Below, in pieces: positions 55,532 through 64,000 of a stretch of DNA of 64,000 bases. Location of the stretch: positions 1-64,000 of the forward strand of contig CAWAPJ010000025.1 in assembly GCA_963783885.1 (NCBI GenBank). The letters are read 5' to 3'. A program made the position numbers and the translations under genes. The first letter of the stretch is position 1. Every line of letters starts with the position of its first letter. Below the pieces are notes generated by a model, which did no database searches, had not been told where the DNA came from, and saw only the letters and a program-made list of their open reading frames with translations. The stretch comes from Waddliaceae bacterium (GTDB lineage Bacteria > Chlamydiota > Chlamydiia > Chlamydiales > SLFE01).

Positions 55532-57743
55532 GTTTTTTTACGTCGAACTCAACTACTTTAGATTCTCCCGAAGGCGAGCTGATATGCAACCGATATTTTC
55601 CGGTCGGCCAGCCCTGGGAAGGCGCTGTAAACACATAGTTTACCACAGACTCTCCCGGTTTGTCGAGTACGGCCGTTACCGGCGGGATGCTCGAATTGGA
55701 TTTGGCATGCTCTAAAACGGCTTCAACTTGATCTCCCCTATTGCCGTTTTGTATATAAACGTTGACAGTGATTTCTTTATCCTGTGGAGAAAAAACAACT
55801 TTCGGATCGGTTACAATACCGTCGAGTCCAATTTCAGTTCCCATTTGCACTTTTGAAATCTCAAGGGGGTTTTGGTTTTTGCGAACGTCATCTTGATCCC
55901 TAAACATTTTTATACTCAGGATTTTCCACTGATTATTTTCACGAATTAGACGATATTGATATGTATTTTTGTCTCCTGAGAGTCCCTCAGCGACCACTGC
56001 CGCGGAGACGTAGGCTGGTTTAAAGCTAAGGTCGATAACCTGTGCTTCTTTATTATTTCCCAGTTCCGGATGTCTGGAGACATATTTCTGAAAGGCGTCA
56101 AAAGAGGCCGCTTCCTGAAACTGTTTTGAGGCAAAGGCGTAGTAGGCTTTGGACAGGTCGTCCGCTCTTAGGGCTTTAAATTGATCATCGATCAACTGTT
56201 TGATTTTTTCTTCATTTTCAGGAGTGTCTTGAACATTTGTCAGGATTTGTATGCCCCAGATTTTCCAGCTGCCGTCCTGCTTGATCAGCCGATAGTCGAC
56301 CTCGGAGGTACCTTCTTCAGATTGCAGAGCTATTCGGATCAATCTTAACTTTCCCTCCTGCACTCCATGGCCGATCGTGGCTTCCTTTTGTTTGGTAAAG
56401 ATAGGATAATCTTTGAGAAATGCCTGAAAATCTTCAAATGAGGTGTTATTTTGAAAGTCCTGAGAGGAAAAGGCATAGTAGGCTTTGGAGATGTCGCCTT
56501 CTCTTAAAGCTTTCAGCTGGCCTTCAATGACTTTAAGCAGCTGGGTTTTTTCCTGATCCGTAATCGGAGGATAATAGGCCGATTCTTCAACTCTGATTCC
56601 CCAGATTTTCCAATCCCCGTCCTCCTTTGCCAGCCAATAGTCGACATCGCTGTCTCCTTTTTCGGTAGTCAGAATAAGCATAACGTGGACTAAGCCGTCC
56701 TTTTCCGTCTGATTTTCAACTTTCATGGAACTGAATTTGGTAAATTCAGGGTAATTTTTGATGAATTTTTCAAAATCCTCTTCGGATGTCGCTTTCGTAA
56801 ATTCATGAGAGACATAGTCGCTGTAGGCTTTGGCAGTGTCGCCTTTTTTAAGATCCTGAAGCTGTTCTCGGATTATCTTGAGCGCGCCGCTCGTCACGCT
56901 TTGGGGTTGTTTCTCTACATCGGCTGTGTTGTCGCTCACTTCATAAGAATCTACCGGCGTCGGTCCGTTAACTTCGACGGCCCAAATTTTCCATTGTCCT
57001 CTGTCTTTTTCCAGCCAATATTGCAAATTTTGAATATCCTCATCCGATATCAACGATAAGCTAAGCTGTTTGAGTCCGTTGTCATCCTTGATTTCTCCAA
57101 ATCGAATTGAATCAAATTCAACAAGCTCGGGATTTTCTCGAACGATAGTCTCAAATTCTTCATAAGGCACAATTTTTTTAAATTCTCCCGAGAGGTAATT
57201 TTCATAAGCTCCCTTAATATTTCGATATTTTAAGTCCAGAAGATGGTCCTGAACGACTTTCACTAGATGTTCGTTGTTGTAATCTTGCGACTGTATCCGG
57301 GGCTTTTGTTCAAAGGTCATTGCGATCTGTTCCGACATTGTCTGGATGCTGTCGATTTTCCATTCCCCATACTCTTTGCTCATTCGATAAATAATGGGAA
57401 CTAAAGAGCCTTCATTTGTTTTAAGTTCTCCAGACAGAGTGGCGTGATCGCCCCGTATATTTTCTCCAAAGAAATCGACAGAGTCGTTATCAGTTAAAAT
57501 GGGGCGGGTTTTGACCCAATTTCGAAATTGTTCGAGGGTATTTTGTTCCTGATAATTATCCGAGGTGTAAAGGTAATATGCCCGGGAGTAATTGCCTCGC
57601 TTTAATGCAGTCAATTGATTTTTTGCTGTTTGCGTCAGGGTCTGTTTGGATTCCTCCAGTACAAAGTAGCCCGCGCCAGCCATGATCATGAGGGTGATGA
57701 TGGTGAATCCAAGCCATAAAAATGTATGTTTTTTCTGTTTCAT
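55452..57743 (-). CDS. Membrane-anchored protein with five tandem NTF2-like (DUF4864-type) repeats
   Basis: N-terminal TM segment; five repeats of roughly QL.AL..GD...AY....S..F.....F..F ... Y.L.K..G.WKI. Confidence 0.75.
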   Translation of the reverse strand: MKQKKHTFLWLGFTIITLMIMAGAGYFVLEESKQTLTQTAKNQLTALKRGNYSRAYYLYTSDNYQEQNTLEQFRNWVKTRPILTDNDSVDFFGENIRGDHATLSGELKTNEGSLVPIIYRMSKEYGEWKIDSIQTMSEQIAMTFEQKPRIQSQDYNNEHLVKVVQDHLLDLKYRNIKGAYENYLSGEFKKIVPYEEFETIVRENPELVEFDSIRFGEIKDDNGLKQLSLSLISDEDIQNLQYWLEKDRGQWKIWAVEVNGPTPVDSYEVSDNTADVEKQPQSVTSGALKIIREQLQDLKKGDTAKAYSDYVSHEFTKATSEEDFEKFIKNYPEFTKFSSMKVENQTEKDGLVHVMLILTTEKGDSDVDYWLAKEDGDWKIWGIRVEESAYYPPITDQEKTQLLKVIEGQLKALREGDISKAYYAFSSQDFQNNTSFEDFQAFLKDYPIFTKQKEATIGHGVQEGKLRLIRIALQSEEGTSEVDYRLIKQDGSWKIWGIQILTNVQDTPENEEKIKQLIDDQFKALRADDLSKAYYAFASKQFQEAASFDAFQKYVSRHPELGNNKEAQVIDLSFKPAYVSAAVVAEGLSGDKNTYQYRLIRENNQWKILSIKMFRDQDDVRKNQNPLEISKVQMGTEIGLDGIVTDPKVVFSPQDKEITVNVYIQNGNRGDQVEAVLEHAKSNSSIPPVTAVLDKPGESVVNYVFTAPSQGWPTGKYRLHISSPSGESKVVEFDVKKHENNSRPVQESKNQHPEGTENQTHSI

Positions 57744-57849
57744 ATGGGGAAAATCCTAATTTTATAAAAGGCTCTTTGGGTCATGTTTTTTAAAGTTTCA
57801 CGTATTTAGATAAATGCCGAAGGGCAATTAATTTTGCAAGGGGGGAAAG

Positions 57850-58869
57850 TCAAGAAAGTGTGCCTCCATAGTGCTGAATGAGCGCTTCTGCTTTCCCTGA
57901 ATCGATATTTTTGAGTTTTTCATAGATCGCAAGTCCTTTTGCGTTTTCGCCTTGCTGAAAATACAAAGTTCCCAGCTTATAAAGGATTTCATCCTCGCAA
58001 GGGAGCAGCGACAAAAGGATTTCATATTCTTTTATTTCTTCCTCAGGCATTTGCAGGTCATGATAGCTATAGGCGAGCTGTTGATGGATCCAAGGATCGT
58101 TCGGGGCGTATTCATTGAGTATTTTAAATTCTTCAATTGCCCGTTTTGATGCCCGGGTGAATTTTTCCTGAAAGATTGGGAATTTCCACGCTCCTTTATG
58201 GTGATAGAGTCCAGAGAGCATCACATAGGCGTTGGCAAGAGCTGCATGCAGCTCAAGATCGGTCGGTTCTTGTTTTATGAGTTCAATATACTCTTTAACG
58301 GAGCGATGCAATAGGCATTCTTTCATTTTATGGACGTCGTGCCAGTGCCACCAGAAACTGAGCTTCACCGAGGCGGGCGATAAAAACTTCAAGAGTTTTG
58401 GGACAGGGTAATATTTGTATTCTTTTCCATGAAGGGCTCCGGCCATGCGGACGAAGCCGTTTGCCAGTTCAATATGATACTCAGGTTCATCGGGGTGGTG
58501 GGATGAGTGGCGCGCAAATTCCTCAGAGAAGGTGTCGCAGATTTCTTCGAATTTGTCCTGCTTTTGCGTGAGTTTATAAAGGCGGAGAATAAAATAGGCA
58601 AAGAAGGTGGCGAAAATCAGAGCCAGGTTCACTGCAAGAATAGCCGATTCTACGAGAAAGGTAAAAAAAATGACAAAAGTGACCACTTCGATTGCCAGAA
58701 GAAGCCAGAAAAAATAATTAAAGAAGGCGTAGTTTCTCGTAAATCTGAAAAACCGGGTAAGTATTGGCGTGCGGATTTTCGTTTTGTCCGGTTTTATTCC
58801 GGAATGCATAGCGGCGTCCGGTTTGATGAGGGAATCTTGAATATCGGAAAGTGACATTTGATTAAACAA
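57850..58869 (-). CDS. Membrane-anchored TPR protein
   Basis: Two TM segments followed by TPR-like helices (WIHQQLAYSYHDL, ILYKLGTLYFQQG). Confidence 0.75.
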   Translation of the reverse strand: MFNQMSLSDIQDSLIKPDAAMHSGIKPDKTKIRTPILTRFFRFTRNYAFFNYFFWLLLAIEVVTFVIFFTFLVESAILAVNLALIFATFFAYFILRLYKLTQKQDKFEEICDTFSEEFARHSSHHPDEPEYHIELANGFVRMAGALHGKEYKYYPVPKLLKFLSPASVKLSFWWHWHDVHKMKECLLHRSVKEYIELIKQEPTDLELHAALANAYVMLSGLYHHKGAWKFPIFQEKFTRASKRAIEEFKILNEYAPNDPWIHQQLAYSYHDLQMPEEEIKEYEILLSLLPCEDEILYKLGTLYFQQGENAKGLAIYEKLKNIDSGKAEALIQHYGGTLS

Positions 58870-58921
58870 TCGCTGATATTACATTTTTTTTCCAGAAAAC
58901 CTTGCTCGAACCATTAACGCT

Positions 58922-59842
58922 CTACTCGGATACTCTGGTTTTGGAAGAATATTCCAATTTAAGCTCTTCCCGATGGAACAAGTAGAGGCCGGTAAAAACG
59001 ACAGCGGCGGAAGCAAAGAACGGCCATTCGGCTGACTCTCCGAGGAAAATCCAGCCGAAAAGTGCGGCAAACATCGGGGTTGTGAAGCCGGCAAAGGACA
59101 TAAAAGTCGGGCTGTAGCGCTTCAGCAAAAAGCCGTAGAGGTTATAGGCTAGGAAATTCGAGATAATCATCAGCATAAGGGCGCATTCAAAAAAGGGAAT
59201 GATATTTGTGACCGGAATAGGATTCCAATTTTCATAAGCTAAAGAGTGTCCAAGCGCAAGCACTCCGCCAAAAAGCATGCAAACTCCATTGATCATTAAA
59301 GGGGAATAGCCTTCTTTCATCATTTGGCTTAAGAGAATCCAGCCATAGACGCTGCTGAGAGCGGCGACGATGACGGCGATTTCTGCGGAGGATAAGAAAA
59401 AAAAGTTTCCTGAAAGCTCTTCGTTTCCTTGCTGGATGGCGAGAATGGGAATAAATCCGACAAATCCGATAAGCAGGCCAATCCATTTCATTTTGGTCAG
59501 TTTTTCTTTAAACAGCAAATAGCAGAGCAGAGCGGATGCAAAGGGTGAGAGGCTGTAAATGAAGCATGTTTTGAAAGAAGTCAGGTATTGAAGGCCCCAA
59601 AATTCGCAGACATTTGTCAAATAGATGGCAATAAAGCCTAAAAAAAGAATTTTTACTATATGCTGTTTTTTAATATAAAATTGTTCTCTTTTGAAAAACC
59701 ACTGATAACCAAGCAGAATGAGACCTGCCAAGGTCATGCGGGTCCCGACCAGGAAAAACGGGGCGGCATCTATGCCGAGGGCTGTTTTCCCCAAGGTGAA
59801 GACGCTGGCGAACAGAGCGTAGAGGACAAAAACTAAAATCAT
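58922..59842 (-). CDS. DMT/EamA family transporter
   Basis: About ten TM segments in two EamA-like halves; start between 59842 and 59869. Confidence 0.85.
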   Translation of the reverse strand: MILVFVLYALFASVFTLGKTALGIDAAPFFLVGTRMTLAGLILLGYQWFFKREQFYIKKQHIVKILFLGFIAIYLTNVCEFWGLQYLTSFKTCFIYSLSPFASALLCYLLFKEKLTKMKWIGLLIGFVGFIPILAIQQGNEELSGNFFFLSSAEIAVIVAALSSVYGWILLSQMMKEGYSPLMINGVCMLFGGVLALGHSLAYENWNPIPVTNIIPFFECALMLMIISNFLAYNLYGFLLKRYSPTFMSFAGFTTPMFAALFGWIFLGESAEWPFFASAAVVFTGLYLFHREELKLEYSSKTRVSE

Positions 59843-60003
59843 AACGTTTATTTTAAAGGATTTACCCATTAAACGAAAGACATTTTGAGAGCATGAGGCT
59901 CATTAAAATAATTGAATATTATAAAAGATTTTGATAAAATTCAAATAAATTGAAAATATATTAAGTGTTTAATATAATTTAGATATAAAAAAGGGGTTTA
60001 AAA

Positions 60004-60693
60004 ATGCAAAAGATCAAAGTTCTCTTGATCGAAGACGAGCAAGATATCGCCGATTTGATCAAAATGAATGCGGAACTATCTGATTTTAAAGTAGTTGTTG
60101 AAAATGATGGCCTCAATGGATATATGGCGGCTGAACGGGAAAAGCCCGATATTATTGTCTTAGACATTATGCTTCCGGGGATGAATGGGCTCGATGTTTG
60201 CCGAAAGGTCAAAAACAATCCGGCGCTTATGGACATTCCGATTATCATGATCTCCGCCAAAAGCGAAGAACTAGACGTGGTGCTCGGATTGGAACTTGGG
60301 GCCGACGATTATGTGACCAAGCCATTTTCTCCTAAAATTCTTCTATCCCGCATAAAAGCGGTTCTGAGGAGGAGAAGCGAGCCGAAAAAAGAGCCTAAGA
60401 GGCTTGGTTTTGGCAAATTCACGATGGATGTCGACAGCTACCAGCTGCGCAAGGGGGAAAAGCTTATTCCTCTGACGCTCTCCGAATTCGGAATCCTCAA
60501 GCGGCTGGTCGCCAATCAGGGCAAGGTCCTCACAAGAAACCAGCTTCTCGACGACCTTCATGGGGACGAATCTTACGTCGTCGACCGCAATATCGATGTG
60601 CATATCGCCTCTCTTCGTAAAAAATTGGGTCCTAATTTCAACTGGATCGAGACGGTACGCGGCGTCGGCTATCGCTTCAAGGATGAAGCTTAA
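60004..60693 (+). CDS. OmpR/PhoB family response regulator
   Basis: LIEDE, LDIMLPGMNG, GADDYVTKPFS, RNIDVHIASLRKKL and ETVRGVGYRF motifs. Confidence 0.93.
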   Translation: MQKIKVLLIEDEQDIADLIKMNAELSDFKVVVENDGLNGYMAAEREKPDIIVLDIMLPGMNGLDVCRKVKNNPALMDIPIIMISAKSEELDVVLGLELGADDYVTKPFSPKILLSRIKAVLRRRSEPKKEPKRLGFGKFTMDVDSYQLRKGEKLIPLTLSEFGILKRLVANQGKVLTRNQLLDDLHGDESYVVDRNIDVHIASLRKKLGPNFNWIETVRGVGYRFKDEA

Positions 60694-60708
60694 AATCCTG
60701 CTCTTCTA

Positions 60709-60750
60709 AAAAATAAAAGGGTTTAGAGTATTCTAAACCCTTTTATTTTT
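60709..60750. terminator. Symmetric (bidirectional-type) terminator hairpin
   Basis: 19-bp perfect inverted repeat AAAAATAAAAGGGTTTAGA-gtat-TCTAAACCCTTTTATTTTT. Confidence 0.75.
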
Positions 60751-60798
60751 AGTTTGTGGTATAATTATATTATATAAATTACTTTTTAATTTAAAATT

Positions 60799-63291
60799 AT
60801 GAGCCGTTTTGAAGAATTACAAGCGATTGTTAGGGAACAGGTAACATTCAAAACCCCTGCTGAAATGGCCTCTTCTAAGCAATTGGGGAAAACGGACGAA
60901 GCCGTAAGCAGCAAGGCTTTGGGGATTTTGGAAGATGCCGGCCCTGTCAAAGAGGCAAAACTCAATAGAAACCTTTTAGTTCCCGCATCCTTAAGTTCCG
61001 AAGCTGTCAAAGCGAGCCAGATCGGCAAAGACCTTTTCGGAGATAAGTTATTCCGTCTTGTTCGGACGGTGAGCCAGGCGTTTTCTTCGGTTTTTTCCTT
61101 GGTCTATAATTTTATCAGTGAAAAAATCGACGGCAGGGTTAGCAGCCAGCGTCTCAGTCAAAAAATGGGATCGGAAATCAGAAAGAGTGAGTCGCAAATT
61201 GCCAAAAATATTCGTGGATGGCCGGGCGAAGTAGCCCAATCGACTAGCATTTTTGAAGAAGCTGACAAACCCCCTCCCGGCCGTGGAACGTTGGATAAGT
61301 ATTTTGCTAAAGTTCTTGAGAAAGGGGTCGGCGAATTATTAGAGGAAATTCATGAGTTGAAAACCCGCCCTTTCAGCTCATCAGTCGGGAAGCCTTCACA
61401 AACAATGCAAAAAAACAATGCCGAGGAAGCCCAGCTTTGCTTGGATATTGTGAGTGGCGTAAGAACAATTGCCGACCTAAAAGAATCAGAAGACAGCTCG
61501 GGAGTTAAAACTTTGACATTCACTCATAAAGGCCGAAGCTACGAGATCAATCACAGTCAAGATCCCCATATCTATAATGGAGTTAAAAATAGAGATTTGA
61601 TCAAAAGGGCAGCGCTGATTTTCGATGCAGCAAAAGATTCTAAGTTAAATGACTTGAAAAAAGAAACGCTTGAGAAACTCTCCGGATTATGCCAAGACCC
61701 CAATCAAATCGATGATGACTTGGACCAAGGATTGAAAATACTGGCCGATGCTTTTTATCAGGTAGAAACTCATATGAAAAAGAAAAATCCCAATTTTGAT
61801 CTGGAACAGGCTGAAGCTGAACATATCAGGAGTCGAGGCAGGCCGATTATCGTCAACATTTTTGAAGTGGAAGCCGGAGGCGAAAGAAGAACGTTTGTGG
61901 GAATGCATAAACCGATGTCAGAGGTAACCATTCCCAGTTCAATGCAAAGCGAAAACAAGCTGGCCAACTATGTATCGACATCGGCGGGTGTCGTACGGGA
62001 TGGAAAAGTGGAGATGAAGTATACAGGAATTCGCCATTCACGCCCCTCTCCCATTGCGGTTAAAGATGGGTATCAAAGGCAGGCCATTGCCGCTTCGAAT
62101 GTCAAACAGTCGATTGGCGATATCGCCAGTAATATGGTAGTCAATGAAAATAATTCGGAAAAAAACCCGCTTCCGGTTCCACTGGCCCCCACGACGCTCC
62201 TTACGGCGAAAGTAGGGGACATCGTTCGAAACAGAAAGAAAATTGCCGGCAGTTGGTCAGGGGAGTCGGAATCCATGCAGCTGCAAGAAACCATGCAGGC
62301 CTATCGTCTATACGATGGTTGTGTAATGAATGTCAATGGCGTATGGATCAAACCGGTTGTCCACCATATGAATTTTGGGGTGAATCCCGCCGGAGCTAAT
62401 CAGGGCTTAAAAGGAATAGTTCCAGACGCTCCATTTCAACAGGAGCTCAACTCCCACGGCATGATGGCGCAGCATCAGCTTGTGAAAGATTTTTTTAACG
62501 AAAATATTCTCGATGAAGATTTAAAAAACCGGGTTTTTGAATTCTTGTCCGGCGATTTGATAAAACTGGAAGGTCAATACAAAGATCTCAAAGAAGTCAT
62601 CCATCGCAATTTGCAGAAAGATCAAAAGGCTCTTGCCTCTCAGTATGAAAGTTACAGCCTAATGCCTTCCGGAATAACAAAAAAAGAAATTGTCAAACTG
62701 GAGAAAAGAATTGCAGGCGAATACAAAAGATTGGACATCCTTGCAAGGGGGCTTGTCAAAGAGCAGAAAGAGGCTTTTTTGGGACAGCCAAATCGCCGTG
62801 AAGTGCTAAAGAGTTTAAAGGAAAAACTCAATCCCGTTCTCGCTTCTCTTCTTCAAGATCATGAGGACTTTAGACGCGCAATTTTTACGATGGCTCATAA
62901 AAATACCGCAACAGTTGTCGATGTTCCAGCGATGCGGAATATGATTTATCAAAAACTGGGGATTCTCAGTCTCTTTTACTGCAAGAGCGCCGAAGACCGC
63001 ACCGGCAATATCGAAATCAAAACTTGCGCCAGGATGATGTATGAAGAAATGTCAGGAGAACCTCCGGGAATTGTCGACTGCAAAGAAACGGGCATTAAGA
63101 ATGAGATATTCAGACAAGTCTTTAACGCCTCCCCGTCTTTAAACAACACCGAGCAAAATTCCGACTCCCGGGGCCTGCAGATCAGCCCCGAGGTAAATCC
63201 TCCAGATATGGAGCAGCAGATCAAGCAGCAAAAGAAAATGGCGGGATTTGCCAAAAAAGTTTCCCAAACGGCTAGAGAAAAGGTCCAGTGA
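60799..63291 (+). CDS. SopB/IpgD-like inositol phosphate phosphatase (candidate T3SS effector)
   Basis: C-terminal CX5R motif FYCKSAEDRTG, plus GIRHS and NFGVN segments reminiscent of SopB/IpgD. Confidence 0.7.
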   Translation: MSRFEELQAIVREQVTFKTPAEMASSKQLGKTDEAVSSKALGILEDAGPVKEAKLNRNLLVPASLSSEAVKASQIGKDLFGDKLFRLVRTVSQAFSSVFSLVYNFISEKIDGRVSSQRLSQKMGSEIRKSESQIAKNIRGWPGEVAQSTSIFEEADKPPPGRGTLDKYFAKVLEKGVGELLEEIHELKTRPFSSSVGKPSQTMQKNNAEEAQLCLDIVSGVRTIADLKESEDSSGVKTLTFTHKGRSYEINHSQDPHIYNGVKNRDLIKRAALIFDAAKDSKLNDLKKETLEKLSGLCQDPNQIDDDLDQGLKILADAFYQVETHMKKKNPNFDLEQAEAEHIRSRGRPIIVNIFEVEAGGERRTFVGMHKPMSEVTIPSSMQSENKLANYVSTSAGVVRDGKVEMKYTGIRHSRPSPIAVKDGYQRQAIAASNVKQSIGDIASNMVVNENNSEKNPLPVPLAPTTLLTAKVGDIVRNRKKIAGSWSGESESMQLQETMQAYRLYDGCVMNVNGVWIKPVVHHMNFGVNPAGANQGLKGIVPDAPFQQELNSHGMMAQHQLVKDFFNENILDEDLKNRVFEFLSGDLIKLEGQYKDLKEVIHRNLQKDQKALASQYESYSLMPSGITKKEIVKLEKRIAGEYKRLDILARGLVKEQKEAFLGQPNRREVLKSLKEKLNPVLASLLQDHEDFRRAIFTMAHKNTATVVDVPAMRNMIYQKLGILSLFYCKSAEDRTGNIEIKTCARMMYEEMSGEPPGIVDCKETGIKNEIFRQVFNASPSLNNTEQNSDSRGLQISPEVNPPDMEQQIKQQKKMAGFAKKVSQTAREKVQ

Positions 63292-63306
63292 GTGTATAAT
63301 TGAACC

Positions 63307-64000
63307 ATGTCTGATTATGAATTGCTAGACAGCGGCAACGGAAGAAAATTGGAGCGTTTTGGCCGGTATATTCTGGATCGGCCGTCGCTTCAAGCTCTAT
63401 GGCGTCCCAGGCTTCCCCTTGAAGAGTGGAAAAGAGCCCATGCCGCTTTCACTCGGGAGCCGGGTGGCCTTTGGAAAAAAAGGCAGGGGTTTGCCGAAGA
63501 GTGGACCATTGAAGTGGAGGGTATTCAATTTAAATTGTCTCCGACAGATTTTGGCCATCTGGGAATTTTTCCCGAACAGAGCGCCTCTTGGAAATGGATT
63601 CAGAAAACGGTTCCCAAAGGAGCTAATGTACTCAATTTGTTTGCCTACTCCGGCGGTTCGACGCTCGCTGCGGCGCTATCCGGAGCGAGTGTTACCCACC
63701 TTGACGCGTCAAAAAAGATGACAGCTTGGGCGCGGGAAAACGCTCGGATAAATGGGCTTGAAGAAGCACCCGTGCGCTGGATTGTCGATGATGTTAATAA
63801 GTTTTTAAAGCGAGAGATTCGGCGAAAGAATCGTTACGACGCGATCATATTGGATCCTCCGAGCTTCGGGCGGGGGGCAAAAGGAGAAGTATTTAAAATT
63901 GAAAAAGATATTCAGGGAATTTTAAGCGACTTGGCTCAGCTTCTCAGTGACCGGCCATTGTTTATCCTTTTGACTTGCCACAGCCCCGGTTTTACACCAA
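63307..64000 (+). CDS. Class I SAM-dependent (RlmI/RlmK-like) methyltransferase, runs off the window
   Basis: Manual translation MSDYELLDSGNGRKLERFG...GHLGIFPEQ...VLNLFAYSGG...ILDPPSFGRG. Not in the ORF track because it has no stop codon in the window. Confidence 0.85.
   Translation, partial: MSDYELLDSGNGRKLERFGRYILDRPSLQALWRPRLPLEEWKRAHAAFTREPGGLWKKRQGFAEEWTIEVEGIQFKLSPTDFGHLGIFPEQSASWKWIQKTVPKGANVLNLFAYSGGSTLAAALSGASVTHLDASKKMTAWARENARINGLEEAPVRWIVDDVNKFLKREIRRKNRYDAIILDPPSFGRGAKGEVFKIEKDIQGILSDLAQLLSDRPLFILLTCHSPGFTP

Noticed and set aside
1-64000. CRISPR array, tRNA/rRNA genes, prophage, integrase or transposase genes
   Set aside because: No regularly spaced repeats, cloverleaf or rRNA signatures, or recognisable phage or transposase ORFs were seen by eye. 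A tRNAscan/Rfam run is needed to exclude small RNAs.

Overview
This is a gene-dense chromosomal segment of an environmental chlamydia (phylum Chlamydiota). The assignment is inferred from the ~720-aa chlamydial-type GreA, the chlamydial layout of the type II secretion cluster, a stand-alone nqrA and several eukaryote-like effector genes. The housekeeping backbone is rsgA, a TrmH-family methylase, cca, mutL, pepP, a PhoR-like kinase, moxR/DUF58, proBAC, nqrA, gspDEF plus pseudopilins, hemB, mutY, greA, rdgB, rsmD and an OmpR-family regulator. The most notable observations are: (1) an unannotated 13-codon leader peptide MPNLFTNRCCCCL whose Cys codons can base-pair across the ribosome-binding region of a BrnQ-family transporter, a candidate cysteine-sensing translational attenuator; (2) a compact ArgO/LysE exporter + YqcI/YcgG heme N-hydroxylase + stand-alone B3/4 tRNA-editing operon, a candidate module to make, export and self-protect against an arginine analogue; (3) two copies of a structured MITE with 8-bp target duplications in the 5' leaders of neighbouring genes; (4) a csaA pseudogene interrupted by a palindromic CTAG-flanked MITE; (5) candidate host-targeting effectors (2048-aa ankyrin-like/SNF2 protein inside the T2SS cluster, SopB/IpgD-like phosphatase, double F-box protein, possible ADP-ribosyltransferase and cysteine protease). 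No rRNA, tRNA or CRISPR array was recognised. All product calls come from motif recognition by eye, not from database searches.
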